Shown: one piece after another, positions 9,146-19,279 of the stretch
Layout: the number at the start of each line of letters is the position of its first letter
How positions within the stretch are numbered: the first letter of the stretch is position 1
NCBI GenBank assembly: GCA_963819655.1
Contig: CAWFXA010000003.1
Location: 128,001 to 192,000, forward strand
Direction of reading: 5' to 3'
DNA: 64,000 nt
Source: an uncultured Chloroflexia bacterium
GTDB lineage: Bacteria; Chloroflexota; Limnocylindria; Limnocylindrales; CSP1-4
The notes under the pieces: generated by a model
Told to the model about the DNA's origin: nothing
Seen by the model: the letters and a program-made list of their open reading frames with translations, nothing else
Databases searched by the model: none
Made by a program: the position numbers and the translations under genes

Positions 9146-10051
9146 TCAGGCGAAGAACGGCGGCGACGTCAGGACGTAGCGATCGAGACCGTCGACCGGG
9201 CCATCGGTGAAGAACAGCATCACGAACGGGTCGACGCGAAAGCCGCGACCGAGCAGGTGGTCGAGCGCCGGCCGCGCGGTCAGCGCGACGTCGAACGTCA
9301 CAGTCGCGTGCCCGGCTGCGATAGCGGCCGCCTCGCCGTCCGCGATCAGGACCGGCAGGTCCGCCGCCTCCAGCGCGGCATACGGTCCGCCCCACAGCGG
9401 CCGTCTCGGGTGATAGCCGTAGCCGACCAGTGACGCGCCGCGCCGGTAGACCACGCCCGGGCGCTGGCTCGCAAGCCAGCGGTGGTCCTCGTCCCGCCGG
9501 AAACCCAGCAATCGCCGGTCGACTTCGGCGAGCTCCTCGAGCGGCGGGCGTTCGGGATCGATCGGCTCGCGCACGAGGTCGGTTGCCAGCGGCTCATCGC
9601 GTGGAGCGCCCTCGAGGCCGATCATCGGCACGCGCGCGTCCAGTCCGGCCCGGAGGTAGCGCGCGATCGCCCGCGGGTCGATCGTCGCCACGATCGCGCG
9701 GTGTCGGGCACCCTCGTTCGAGAACGCCCGCTCGAGAAGCCCGCGACCGACCCCGGCCGACTGCGCGTCGGGGAGGACGAAGAACTCGGTCAGCTCGCGT
9801 ACGCCGTCGCGCACGATCGACCGCGCGTAGCCGACGGCCCGGCCGGTCGCGTCGTCCTCGGCGATCCACCACTGATCGGCAGTCGCGGCGAGATGCTCGA
9901 ACATCGGGCGTCGGATCTCGAACGCAGTCGGGTCGCCCGCCGTGGAGTTCGCACCGCCCCCGGTGCGCCGGCCTAAGTCGTCCACGGTGACCTCGAAGAT
10001 GTCGAAACAGGTGTGGGTGTCGGCGGCTGTCCCGGGTCGGTAGCGGGTCAT
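9146..10051 (-). CDS. GNAT family N-acetyltransferase (tandem domain)
   Basis: FFVLPDAQSAGVGRGLL acetyl-CoA-binding motif A; second degenerate GNAT domain. Confidence 0.82.
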   Translation of the reverse strand: MTRYRPGTAADTHTCFDIFEVTVDDLGRRTGGGANSTAGDPTAFEIRRPMFEHLAATADQWWIAEDDATGRAVGYARSIVRDGVRELTEFFVLPDAQSAGVGRGLLERAFSNEGARHRAIVATIDPRAIARYLRAGLDARVPMIGLEGAPRDEPLATDLVREPIDPERPPLEELAEVDRRLLGFRRDEDHRWLASQRPGVVYRRGASLVGYGYHPRRPLWGGPYAALEAADLPVLIADGEAAAIAAGHATVTFDVALTARPALDHLLGRGFRVDPFVMLFFTDGPVDGLDRYVLTSPPFFA

Positions 10052-10084
10052 GGAGCGAGCCTAGCCCGTGCCATACTCGGCCGC

Positions 10085-11131
10085 ATGCCCGACCCGGTCA
10101 CGCCCGCGTCCGACGCTGACCTCGAGGTCCCGCTCTCGCAGATCGAAGACGCCGCCGGCAGGCTCGACGGCTACGTCCATCGCACGCCGCTGTTGAGCTC
10201 GATGACGGCGGCCAGGTGGGTGCATGCGGCCACCGGGACGACGCTGGCAGACGGTCTCCTGTATCTCAAGCCCGAGCACCTCCAGAAGACCGGCTCGTTC
10301 AAGGCGCGGGGCATGACGAACCGCATCGCGACCCTGCCGAGCGAAGCCCGCCAGCGCGGTGCCATCACCCTGTCGGCCGGGAACGCCGGTCAGGCGTATG
10401 CCTGGGCCGGTGCCGCCGCCGGTGTCCCGGTCACGGTCGTCATGCCAGAGGGCGCGGTCCGCTCGAAGGTCGAGGCGTGTCTCGGGTATGGGGCGCGGGT
10501 CATCCTGCACGGCACGCACGTCGGTGACACGTTCGCCGAGATGGAGCGGATCCGCGACGCCGAGGGCCTGACCTTCGTCCATCCGTTCGACGATCCGGCC
10601 GTGATCGCGGGCAACGGGACGGTCGGGCTCGAGCTCGTCGACGACATGCCGGACGTCGACGTCGTCGTGGTCGGCATCGGGGGCGGCGGGCTCATCAGCG
10701 GCATCGCCTCCGCGGTCAAGGCGCGGCGGCCGTCCGCGCGGATCGTCGGCGTCGAGCCTGAGCGGTCCGATGCGGTCTCGCTGGCGCTCGAGCGGAACGA
10801 GATCGTGACGATCCAGCCGCAGTCCGTCGCGGACGGGCTCGGCGCGCCCTTCGCCGGGCGCTGGACGCTGGCGATCACCCGGCGGCTGGTCCACCACATC
10901 GTCCTGCTCGACGACGCCACGATCCTGGCCGGTCTCCGGTTCGCGCTGGAGCGGCTCAAGCAGGTCGTCGAACCGGCCGGGGCGGCGGCGCTGGCAGCCG
11001 TCCTCGCCGGCCGTGTCCCGCTGAGGGACGGCGAGCGAGTCGCTGTCGTCCTGTCGGGTGGCAACGTCGAGATGAGCCGGCTGGGCGATCTCCTGGCTGC
11101 GGCGGGGACACTGCCCGGAGCCAGCGCCTAG
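10085..11131 (+). CDS. PLP-dependent threonine/serine dehydratase
   Basis: LKPEHLQKTGSFKARG PLP lysine, SAGNAG, GGGGLISG, EPAGA, LSGGN. Confidence 0.9.
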   Translation: MPDPVTPASDADLEVPLSQIEDAAGRLDGYVHRTPLLSSMTAARWVHAATGTTLADGLLYLKPEHLQKTGSFKARGMTNRIATLPSEARQRGAITLSAGNAGQAYAWAGAAAGVPVTVVMPEGAVRSKVEACLGYGARVILHGTHVGDTFAEMERIRDAEGLTFVHPFDDPAVIAGNGTVGLELVDDMPDVDVVVVGIGGGGLISGIASAVKARRPSARIVGVEPERSDAVSLALERNEIVTIQPQSVADGLGAPFAGRWTLAITRRLVHHIVLLDDATILAGLRFALERLKQVVEPAGAAALAAVLAGRVPLRDGERVAVVLSGGNVEMSRLGDLLAAAGTLPGASA

Positions 11132-11541
11132 TCGACCCCGAGGTCGTGCAGTCGGTCGTCGTCGATACCCAGATGGTGGGCAAGTTCGTGGATGACCGTG
11201 ATCCGAACCTCCTCGGACAGCTCGTCGGGGTCGGCGAAGTCGGCTTCGAGCGGCAGTCGGAACAGGGAGATCCGGTTCGGGACGCTGATCCAGTCGGCAC
11301 CCCATTCGGTTCGCGCGACGCCTTCGTAGAGGCCGTAGAGCGTGTCGTCCGGCTCGAGCTCGCTCTCGCGGAGCTGCTCGGGCGTCGGCTCGTCCTCGAT
11401 GACGATCGCCACCTCGTCGAGCGCAGCGGCGAAGGGCATCGGGATCTCCGCGAGCGCGATCGCGACAAGATCCTCGAAGCGCCGGTGACGTGCGGGCGGG
11501 CGCAGACGACCGGACTGGGACCCGCGACGGCGCTTGGGCAT
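11128..11541 (-). CDS. Zincin-like minimal metallopeptidase (DUF1025-type)
   Basis: LYGLYEG, P.RI.LFR.P, HELAHH.G HEXXH motif. Confidence 0.85.
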   Translation of the reverse strand: MPKRRRGSQSGRLRPPARHRRFEDLVAIALAEIPMPFAAALDEVAIVIEDEPTPEQLRESELEPDDTLYGLYEGVARTEWGADWISVPNRISLFRLPLEADFADPDELSEEVRITVIHELAHHLGIDDDRLHDLGVD

Positions 11542-11562
11542 GGCGCCCGTATCCTAGGGCCG

Positions 11563-12501
11563 ATGGAGCTACGGCCCACGGATGCCCCCGACCCGGATGC
11601 GACGCTCGAGCCGGCGGGCTTCATGGTCGAAGGTGACGGAGGCGACCGCATCCATTTCCTCGATTGGGGCGGTCCGCCCGATTCCGCGGCGGCCCCTGGG
11701 ATCGTGGCCATCCACGGGCTCGGTCAGACTGGCTGGATCTGGGCACCGGTGGCCCGCCGGCTGGCCGGCAGCGGCGGCCCGAGACGGTTCGTGACCATGG
11801 ACCTGCGCGGTCATGGCCTGTCCGACGCGCCGACCGAGGACGGCCGCTACGACCTCGACGTGCTGGCGAGTGACGCCGTCGCCGTGGCCGAAGGCGCGGG
11901 ACTGCTCGGCGATGGCGAGTCCGATCGGATCGTCCTCGCGGGTCACGGCTTCGGCGCGATCGTGGCTGCGCGGGCCGCCGCCGACCTCGGAGCAGGATGC
12001 GCAGGTCTCGTCCTCGTGGACGGCGGCTGGGAGACGCTCGAGGTCACGACCGGCGTCGACGCGGACGAGTTCCTGCGCGGCCTCGACGAACCGCCCGAGG
12101 TGATGCGCTCGCTCTCGGCCTTCCTGGCGGACCGGAAGGCGTTCGATCCGGGGACCTGGGACGCCGATCAGGAACGTGCGGCTTTGGCGACGATCGTCGA
12201 GACCCACGCCGGTCGCGTCGTCCCGTCGACGCGACCCCATGCCACCGAGGCCAGCGTCCTCACGATGTTCGCCTACGACCCGGAGTCGACCCTCGCCGCC
12301 GTCAGCGCACCGATCGTCGCGTTGATCGCCGCCGGCGACGAATCCGGATCGCGCGCGCGTCAGCTCGCCGATGCATCGGCGACGCGCGTGGCATCCGGGC
12401 GCGACCCGATCGCGATCTCGTCGTTCGCCCACGACGGTCACAACCTGATGCGCTACCGTCCGCGGGAGGTCGCTACCGCCATCCTGTCGGTGGCCGGCTG
12501 A
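11563..12501 (+). CDS. Alpha/beta hydrolase fold protein, nucleophile Ser absent (GHGFG)
   Basis: IHGLG, MDLRGHGLS, LAGHGFG, LVLVDGG, GHNL. Confidence 0.8.
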   Translation: MELRPTDAPDPDATLEPAGFMVEGDGGDRIHFLDWGGPPDSAAAPGIVAIHGLGQTGWIWAPVARRLAGSGGPRRFVTMDLRGHGLSDAPTEDGRYDLDVLASDAVAVAEGAGLLGDGESDRIVLAGHGFGAIVAARAAADLGAGCAGLVLVDGGWETLEVTTGVDADEFLRGLDEPPEVMRSLSAFLADRKAFDPGTWDADQERAALATIVETHAGRVVPSTRPHATEASVLTMFAYDPESTLAAVSAPIVALIAAGDESGSRARQLADASATRVASGRDPIAISSFAHDGHNLMRYRPREVATAILSVAG

Positions 12502-12520
12502 GCCGATCGCAGGGAGCCCG

Positions 12521-13636
12521 ATGCAGGTCGTCTACAGTCCGCGCCACCTCGCGCACGACATCGATACCGAGACGTTCATGGGCGTGGCGATCCCCGCCAA
12601 CGAGGTCGCCGAGCGAGGAGAACGGATCCGATCCGCGCTCGAGGCGGACGGTGGGTTCGCGCTCGTCGACCCGACCGATCATGGGGCATCGCCCATCACG
12701 GCCGTCCACGACGAGGGCCTGGTCCGGTTCCTCGAGGTCGCCTGGTCCGAGGTCCGCGCCCAGGCGATCCCGCGAGCCTTCCTGTCGGCCGACACGTATC
12801 CGAATGTCGCGATGTTCGAGGGCATGTCGGCCGGCGCCATCCAGCGGCTGGTCCGGGAGCCGCGGCACGTCGGCGGACGGGCCGGGTTCTGGGGTCTCGA
12901 CTCGGCGGCGCCGCTCGTGGCCGGGACCTATGAAGCGGCCCGCGCGGCGGTCGATGTCGCGCTGACCGCGATGGATCTCGTCCTCGGCGGCGAGACCGCA
13001 GCATACGGCCTGTGCCGGCCGCCAGGCCACCACGCCGCCCGGTCGATGTACGGCGGCTACTGCTTCTTCAACAACGCCGCGATCGTCGCCCACGCGATCA
13101 CCGCCGCGACAGGCGACCGGGTCGGGATCCTCGATGTCGACTATCACCACGGCAACGGATCCCAGCAGATCTTCTGGCAGCGAGGCGACGTCCGGTATGT
13201 CTCGATCCATGCGGATCCGGAGCGGGCGTACCCGTACTTCCTCGGGCGCGCCGACGAGACCGGTGAGGGCGCGGGTGCCGGTGAGAACCTGAACATCCCG
13301 CTCCGGGCGGGTGCCACCAACGCCGACTACCTGGACGCCACGGACCGGGCGATCGATGCGCTCGCCGGGGCACCCGGCTCGATCGTCGTCGTATCCCTCG
13401 GCTTCGATTCGTACGGGCTCGACCCGATCGGCGACTTCGCGCTCACGACCGAGGTCTATCACGAGGTCGGTCGGCGCGTTGCGGCACTCGGTCGCCGCCT
13501 GGTCATCCTCCAGGAGGGCGGCTATCACCGTCCCTCGCTCGGGGAGAATGCGCGGGCCTGGTTGCGTGGCGTTGAGGGGCGGTCGTTCGACCCGTTGCCG
13601 TCCACCGGCTTCACCGAGCACGGGACGGTCGGCTGA
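12521..13636 (+). CDS. Histone deacetylase family protein (acetylpolyamine amidohydrolase-like)
   Basis: CRPPGHHA, GGYCFFNN, LDVDYHHGNG, SLGFD, QEGGY. Confidence 0.92.
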   Translation: MQVVYSPRHLAHDIDTETFMGVAIPANEVAERGERIRSALEADGGFALVDPTDHGASPITAVHDEGLVRFLEVAWSEVRAQAIPRAFLSADTYPNVAMFEGMSAGAIQRLVREPRHVGGRAGFWGLDSAAPLVAGTYEAARAAVDVALTAMDLVLGGETAAYGLCRPPGHHAARSMYGGYCFFNNAAIVAHAITAATGDRVGILDVDYHHGNGSQQIFWQRGDVRYVSIHADPERAYPYFLGRADETGEGAGAGENLNIPLRAGATNADYLDATDRAIDALAGAPGSIVVVSLGFDSYGLDPIGDFALTTEVYHEVGRRVAALGRRLVILQEGGYHRPSLGENARAWLRGVEGRSFDPLPSTGFTEHGTVG

Positions 13637-13683
13637 TCCAGGCGCTCGACCAGCCGACGCTCGAACGGGCGGTCGCGGAGCTC

Positions 13684-14265
13684 GTGCAGCGGGACGCCGA
13701 CCTGGCCGCCATCGCCGAGCGGTTCGGCCCGCCGCCTTTGTGGGATCGACCTCCAGGTTTCGGGACGCTCGTCCACATCGTGCTCGAGCAGCAGGTATCG
13801 CTGGCCTCGGCGCGCGCCGCGTTCGATCGCCTGGTCGCGGCGACCGATCCGTTGACCCCGGAGCGATTCCTGCGCCTGAACGACGACGAGCTGCTCGCCA
13901 TCGGGTTCAGCCGCCAGAAGGCGCGCTACGGCCGAGCGCTGGCGACCGCGCTCATCGATGGCACGCTCGATCTGGACGGTCTCGCTGCGCTCGACGACGA
14001 AAGCGCGCAGCGATCGCTCGAGACGATCCCCGGCATCGGTCGTTGGACGTCCACGATCTACCTGCTCATGGTCCTCGGCCGCCCCGACGTCTGGCCGGCC
14101 GGGGACATGGCGCTGGCGACCGCGGTCGCGCAGGCGAAGGGTCTCCCGACACGGCCCAGCCCGGACGAGCTGACGCTCATCGGCGAGGCGTGGCGGCCAT
14201 GGCGATCCGTCGCCGCGCGGCTCTTGTGGCACGACTATCTGGCGCGTCGGCGCACCACTCCGTGA
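13684..14265 (+). CDS. alkA: DNA-3-methyladenine glycosylase II (AlkA-type HhH-GPD)
   Basis: IVLEQQVSLASA, IPGIGRWT HhH, DVWPAGD, WRPWRS; true start may lie ~50 nt upstream. Confidence 0.85.
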   Translation: MQRDADLAAIAERFGPPPLWDRPPGFGTLVHIVLEQQVSLASARAAFDRLVAATDPLTPERFLRLNDDELLAIGFSRQKARYGRALATALIDGTLDLDGLAALDDESAQRSLETIPGIGRWTSTIYLLMVLGRPDVWPAGDMALATAVAQAKGLPTRPSPDELTLIGEAWRPWRSVAARLLWHDYLARRRTTP

Positions 14266-14275
14266 CGGTCCGTGC

Positions 14276-15028
14276 GTGGGCGACACGTCCCCGCAACCCA
14301 CCAAACCGCAGCGCAATGGTCCGTGTCGCAGCAGGGCGCGTATCCTCGAGGGACGGTCGCGGGGCCCGTCGCTGTGGGGCCTCGTCAGGAGGAGACCTAT
14401 CAGCCGCATCAGCCGGATCGACCCGCTCTATCGTCAGACTGCCGTCGGGATCGGATTCGGGCTGCTCATCGCGCTCGTGCTCGCCAGGACGCTGTCAGCG
14501 ATGGTGCCAGCCGCGTCCGGACCCGGCCCGCAGGAGCTGGTGGCGGTCCCGCCGGTCTCGGCATCGCCCGGTCCGGTCGTGGCGGACCCGACCGCGGCCG
14601 GTGCCAGTCCGACGTTGTCCACCTCGCCCGGCACCCTGACTACCGCCTCGCCCGCGCCGACCCTGCCCGACACCCCCGGCGGCCCGACCGGTGGCCCGGC
14701 CGGGCCCAGCGCGACGCCCTCGACGACATCTGGCGGCGGGACGAGCCCAATCGGCCCGACGACACCGGGCGAGCCGACCCCGGCCGGCCCGACCACACCC
14801 CCGGCCGCCGCGCCGACGGCCCCTCCGACCGCGCCAGCGACGGCTGCGCCGACCCCCCGCCCGACAGATGCGCCGACTCCGCGCCCCACGGCAGCGCCCA
14901 CGCCGCGACCGACAGCAGCCCCGACGCCGCGACCGACACCGGTGCCCACACCCGACCCGACGCCGCCGCCTACGCCGGCACCCACCCCGACGCCCCTTAT
15001 CTGTCTCCCGATCGTCGGCTGCGTGTAG
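14276..15028 (+). CDS. Single-TM Pro/Thr-rich surface protein ending in ICLPIVGCV
   Basis: TM segment [14 protein letters not shown], long P/T/A/G low-complexity stalk; start codon uncertain. Confidence 0.6.
   Translation: MGDTSPQPTKPQRNGPCRSRARILEGRSRGPSLWGLVRRRPISRISRIDPLYRQTAVGIGFGLLIALVLARTLSAMVPAASGPGPQELVAVPPVSASPGPVVADPTAAGASPTLSTSPGTLTTASPAPTLPDTPGGPTGGPAGPSATPSTTSGGGTSPIGPTTPGEPTPAGPTTPPAAAPTAPPTAPATAAPTPRPTDAPTPRPTAAPTPRPTAAPTPRPTPVPTPDPTPPPTPAPTPTPLICLPIVGCV
14849..14992 (+). repeat. Coding tandem repeat, about six 24-nt units (PTPRPTxA)
   Basis: Degenerate units such as CCGACTCCGCGCCCCACGGCAGCG encoding PTPRPTAA. Confidence 0.75.
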
Positions 15029-15065
15029 GGACCGTCGATCGACTCCGGCGTACCATCTCCGGACC

Positions 15066-15773
15066 ATGACCAGACCGATCGACCTGCCGCCGAACGTCCG
15101 TCGTCTCGTCGATGAGATCGAGTCGGAGATCGGCGAGACGAGCGTCGCGATCGACGACATCACCGGATCGCGTGGTCGCGATCACGTGGGCGAGATCTCG
15201 ACCGACAACGGCCGCGTCGAGGCTGCAGTCCGGCGGATCCTCGAAGAGATCGGCGAGGACCCCGACCGCCAGGGTCTCGTCGGCACCCCCGAGCGCGTCC
15301 ACCGCATGTACACCGAGCTGACGGCCGGCTACCACGTCGATCCGGAGCGGCTGATCAACAATGCGATCTTCGATGTCGATTACAGCGAGATGGTGATCGT
15401 CAAGGACATCCCGTTCTACAGCCTCTGCGAGCACCACCTCTTGCCGTTCTTCGGGTCGGCTGCGGTCGCGTACATCCCGCGGGGCCGGGTGATCGGACTC
15501 TCGAAGATCCCGCGCATCGTCGAGATGTATGCGCGCCGGCTGCAGGTGCAGGAGCGCCTCACGCAGCAGATCGCTGAGTTCCTCCAGGACCGGCTCGCGC
15601 CGCAGGGCGTCGGCGTCGTGATCGAGGCGACTCACCTGTGTGCCGTCATGCGGGGCGTCCGCAAGCCCGGCACGATCATGACCACGTCGTCGGTGCTTGG
15701 ACTGTTCAGGACGCGCGATCGCACGCGCGCCGAATTCCTCGATCATCTCGCTCGCGCGACACCCCACGGCTGA
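15066..15773 (+). CDS. folE: GTP cyclohydrolase I
   Basis: [49 protein letters not shown]. Confidence 0.96.
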   Translation: MTRPIDLPPNVRRLVDEIESEIGETSVAIDDITGSRGRDHVGEISTDNGRVEAAVRRILEEIGEDPDRQGLVGTPERVHRMYTELTAGYHVDPERLINNAIFDVDYSEMVIVKDIPFYSLCEHHLLPFFGSAAVAYIPRGRVIGLSKIPRIVEMYARRLQVQERLTQQIAEFLQDRLAPQGVGVVIEATHLCAVMRGVRKPGTIMTTSSVLGLFRTRDRTRAEFLDHLARATPHG

Positions 15774-15790
15774 CCGCTGGACGCGTGCGG

Positions 15791-16909
15791 TCAGTCGACC
15801 TCGGTGACTGCGATCTTGCCGGCACCCCCCACGATGTCGATCAAGTAGCGGTCGGCCGCCGTGGCTGCCTCGGGAGATTCCAGGATCGTGTCGCCCGGCC
15901 CGTTCAGCCGTTGCTGGTCGAAGTCGATGCGGCCGGCGCCGCCGCGAAGCGTCAGCCGGACGGGGACGCCGGTCGGTCGCTCGACCCGGATGTTGTTCGC
16001 CCCGCGGGTCAGCCTGATGGGCACCTCGCCCGCCGGCTGGCCAAGGGTCAGCCGGAGCTGATCGACGCCGCCCGACAGCTCGAACGAGCGTAGGTCCAGC
16101 GCCGCGAACTTTCCCTGGAGCTTGCCGGCTCCGCCGACGACCTCGACGTCCCACGGGATGGCGGCGTTGAGCGACACGTCGGCGCGCCGCTCGTTCCAGC
16201 CCCACTGCCAGTTGACCGACCATGGGTGGGAGGTCTTGTTGGCCGTCCCTCCCCAGCCTTTGTACTGGATGGTCACGATCCCGTCACGCAGCCGGACTTG
16301 CGGGATCGACCCCTCGAACCGCGCGCGGTACAGGTCGTCGATGTCGGTCGCGCCGCGGACCAGGAGCTCGTGGGCGCCCGACTTGAACAGGAGGCGTGCG
16401 CGGCCCAGCCCCCCGATGGGTGCGACGTGCTCGGATCCGCCGTCGCCGGTCTCCTCAGGGCTGCTCCGCAGCGCGGTCGCCTCGTCCCGGCGGATCGCCG
16501 CCATGCGCGTCAGGAAGTCGTCGATGACGGCCAGCTCGGCTTCGGTGTAGTGATCGATCTCCGACGCACTCTTGTCGCCGACGCGTGCCATGGTCGCTGC
16601 GACCGCCGCGATGCGGTCGGGCACGAGCTCGACGATGACACGCCGCCGATCGCTCGGGTCGGGGACACGCCGCACGTAGCCGGACTGCTCCAGGCGATCG
16701 ATGACGCGCGTGACCGCGCCGGTGGTCAGGCCCGTCAGGTCGGACAGCTTGCCCGCGGTCGCCGCGCCGCTGTCGATGAGCACCTCGAGCGCCTCGATGT
16801 CGGACTCGGACAGGCCGAACCGGAGGGCCACCGTGTGGCCGAATAGCGATCCCTGGAGATTGACGCGGCGCAGGGAGCGGAGGACGGAATCGATCGAATC
16901 GCGATCCAT
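15791..16909 (-). CDS. MarR family regulator fused to C-terminal beta-repeat (DUF4097/LiaF-like) domain
   Basis: GLTTGAVTRVIDRLEQSGYVRR.PDPSDRRRV; C-terminal repeats GGAGKL, SGGVDQL, GGAGRI, GGAGKI. Confidence 0.8.
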   Translation of the reverse strand: MDRDSIDSVLRSLRRVNLQGSLFGHTVALRFGLSESDIEALEVLIDSGAATAGKLSDLTGLTTGAVTRVIDRLEQSGYVRRVPDPSDRRRVIVELVPDRIAAVAATMARVGDKSASEIDHYTEAELAVIDDFLTRMAAIRRDEATALRSSPEETGDGGSEHVAPIGGLGRARLLFKSGAHELLVRGATDIDDLYRARFEGSIPQVRLRDGIVTIQYKGWGGTANKTSHPWSVNWQWGWNERRADVSLNAAIPWDVEVVGGAGKLQGKFAALDLRSFELSGGVDQLRLTLGQPAGEVPIRLTRGANNIRVERPTGVPVRLTLRGGAGRIDFDQQRLNGPGDTILESPEAATAADRYLIDIVGGAGKIAVTEVD

Positions 16910-16938
16910 GGTTGACAACATCTCCTCGCTTGGGTGAC

Positions 16939-16998
16939 TATCTGCACGGTGCAGATATTGCCCGAAGATGCTGAACGGCGCAACTGTCTGCGAGACAG
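16939..16998. promoter_or_regulatory. Putative MarR operators in divergent promoter region
   Basis: TATCTGCAC-G-GTGCAGATA (16939-16957) and CTGTCT-GCG-AGACAG (16984-16998). Confidence 0.65.
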
Positions 16999-17026
16999 CA
17001 TACGCCGCGAGCGAGGAGAGCGAACG

Positions 17027-18013
17027 ATGGCCCAGTCCCGTCCGACCAGTGGCACGATGATCGCCACCAACGACCTGGTACGAACCTTTCGCAGCCGCAA
17101 GAGCGTGGTCGAGGCCGTCCGCGGCGTCGATCTCGAGGTCGGCGTCGGCGAGATCTTCGGCTTCCTCGGCCCCAATGGGGCAGGCAAGACCACGACCCTC
17201 CGGATGCTCGCCACCCTGCTTTCGCCGACCTCCGGCGAGGCGGTGATCGCGGGCGCCGACCTGCGCCGCGAGCCGCAGGCGGTCCGCGAGCGGATCGGCT
17301 ACGTCCCACAGGGCGGCTCGACCGACCCGGCCGAGACCGGCCGTGGCGAGCTCGTCATCCAGGGTCGCCTCTACGGCATGGACAAGACGAGCGCGCAACG
17401 ACGCGCCGACGAGATCCTGGCGACGCTCGACCTGGAGGCCGCAGCCGACCGGGCGATCGCCACGTACTCGGGCGGCATGAAGCGCCGGCTCGACGTCGGC
17501 CTGGGCATCGTCCATCGGCCGTCGGTCCTGTTCCTCGACGAGCCGACCACCGGCCTCGACCCCCAGGCGCGAGCCCGGATGTGGGTCGAGATCCGGGGCC
17601 TGCGCGACGCCGGCACCACCGTGTTCCTCACGACTCACTACCTCGAGGAGGCCGACGCCCTGGCCGACCGGCTGGCGATCATCGACCATGGTCTGATCGT
17701 CGCCGAGGGCACCGCCGACGAGCTGAAGCGCGAGATCTCCGGCGACGTCATCACGATCGGCGTGGACGGTGCCGTCGAGCACGTCCTCGAGGCGGTTCGC
17801 GCCCAGCCGTTCGTCCGCGAGGCGAGCGCCGACCAGGAGCTCGTCCGCCTCTACGTCGATCAGGGCGACGTGGCAGTCCCGAACCTGATCCGCGTGCTCG
17901 ACGGTGCCGGGCTGCGCGCCCGGTCGCTCACTCTCGCCCGCCCCAGCCTCGACGACGTGTTCCTCCGCCAGACCGGCCGGTCGCTCCGCGAGGAGCCGGC
18001 TTCAGCCGCTTGA
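17027..18013 (+). CDS. ABC exporter ATP-binding subunit (DrrA-like)
   Basis: GPNGAGKT Walker A, YSGGMKRR signature, FLDEPT Walker B, TTHYLEEA. Confidence 0.93.
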   Translation: MAQSRPTSGTMIATNDLVRTFRSRKSVVEAVRGVDLEVGVGEIFGFLGPNGAGKTTTLRMLATLLSPTSGEAVIAGADLRREPQAVRERIGYVPQGGSTDPAETGRGELVIQGRLYGMDKTSAQRRADEILATLDLEAAADRAIATYSGGMKRRLDVGLGIVHRPSVLFLDEPTTGLDPQARARMWVEIRGLRDAGTTVFLTTHYLEEADALADRLAIIDHGLIVAEGTADELKREISGDVITIGVDGAVEHVLEAVRAQPFVREASADQELVRLYVDQGDVAVPNLIRVLDGAGLRARSLTLARPSLDDVFLRQTGRSLREEPASAA

Positions 18014-18050
18014 GGCGGCCCGAGGCCACCACCATCGAAGGAGATCCCAC

Positions 18051-18809
18051 GTGAAGACTCTGCGCGATACCTGGCTCATGTACCGACGCTCACTCATCCT
18101 GACCCTGCGCCAGCCGGTGTGGGTCGCCATGGGCCTCTTCCAGCCCATCCTCTATCTGGTCCTGTTCGCCCCGCTGCTCGAGGGCGCGACATCTGCAGCG
18201 GGTGCCTCCGCCAGTGCTTTCAACTGGTTCATCCCGGGCCTGCTCATCCTGACGGCATTCTTCGCCGCGGCCTTCGCGGGCTTCGGTCTGGTCGCCGAGA
18301 TCCGCTACGGCGTCGTCGAGCGGATGCGGGTGACCCCGATGAGCCGCTTCGCGATGCTGGCCGGTCGGTCGCTGCGGGACGTGACGATCCTGCTCGCCCA
18401 GTCGACGCTGCTGATCCTGGTCGCCATCCCGTTCGGCCTGAAGATCGATGTCGTCGGAGCTGCCCTGACGCTCGGCATCGTCGCCCTGGTCGGTCTGACC
18501 TTCTCGCTCCTTTCGTACACCCTCGGGCTCGTTACCAAGAGCGAAGAAGCGCTGGCCCCCATCGCGCAAGCCGTCTCCCTGCCGCTGCTGCTGCTGTCCG
18601 GGATCATGCTGCCCATGGCGCTGGCGCCGGACTGGCTGCAGACCCTCTCGACGTTGAATCCGCTGACCCATGCGGTCGATGCGGCGCGGGCCCTGTTCAA
18701 CGGCCTGTGGGGGGACCCGCAGATCGTGGTCGGCGCGGTCGTCATGGGGACGCTGGCGGTGATCTCACTGGTGGTCGCCTCGCGGGCGTTCGCGCGAACG
18801 ACCGCCTGA
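18051..18809 (+). CDS. ABC-2 type permease (DrrB-like)
   Basis: Six TM segments, [22 protein letters not shown]; GTG after AAGGAG. Confidence 0.9.
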   Translation: MKTLRDTWLMYRRSLILTLRQPVWVAMGLFQPILYLVLFAPLLEGATSAAGASASAFNWFIPGLLILTAFFAAAFAGFGLVAEIRYGVVERMRVTPMSRFAMLAGRSLRDVTILLAQSTLLILVAIPFGLKIDVVGAALTLGIVALVGLTFSLLSYTLGLVTKSEEALAPIAQAVSLPLLLLSGIMLPMALAPDWLQTLSTLNPLTHAVDAARALFNGLWGDPQIVVGAVVMGTLAVISLVVASRAFARTTA

Positions 18810-18873
18810 CGGCGCGCCCGACGGATATCCCTCCGATGGGCCGGCGGGTCGTGGCGGTGACTACAATCCGCCC

Positions 18874-19278
18874 ATGCCCGACCGGCCCATCAAGGTTCTG
18901 ATCGCCAAGCCAGGTCTCGACGGCCACGATCGCGGCGCCAAGGTCCTCGCCCGCGGCCTCCGCGACGAGGGGTTCGAGGTCGTCTACACCGGCCTCCGCC
19001 AGACACCCGAGATGGTCGCGACGGCCGCGCTCCAGGAGGATGTCGACGTCGTCGGCCTGTCGATCCTGTCCGGCGCGCACATGACGCTCGTGCCGCGCAT
19101 CACGAAGCTGCTCAAGGAATCCGGTCTGGAGGACGTTCTCGTGACCGTCGGCGGCATCATCCCGGACGTCGACGTGCAGCCACTGCGCGACGCCGGCGTG
19201 GCCGCGGTCTTCGGTCCTGGAACGACCATCGCGGCCGTCGCCGAGTTCCTGCGCGCGAACGCGCGACCGCGCGACTAG
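18874..19278 (+). CDS. Acyl-CoA mutase small cobalamin-binding subunit (IcmB-like)
   Basis: [10 protein letters not shown] (DxHxxG), [20 protein letters not shown]. Confidence 0.92.
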   Translation: MPDRPIKVLIAKPGLDGHDRGAKVLARGLRDEGFEVVYTGLRQTPEMVATAALQEDVDVVGLSILSGAHMTLVPRITKLLKESGLEDVLVTVGGIIPDVDVQPLRDAGVAAVFGPGTTIAAVAEFLRANARPRD

Positions 19279-19279
19279 G

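Noticed and set aside
14849-14992. Tandem repeat as a possible CRISPR or VNTR locus
   Set aside because: Units are in-frame, degenerate at third positions, have no spacers, and no cas genes are present
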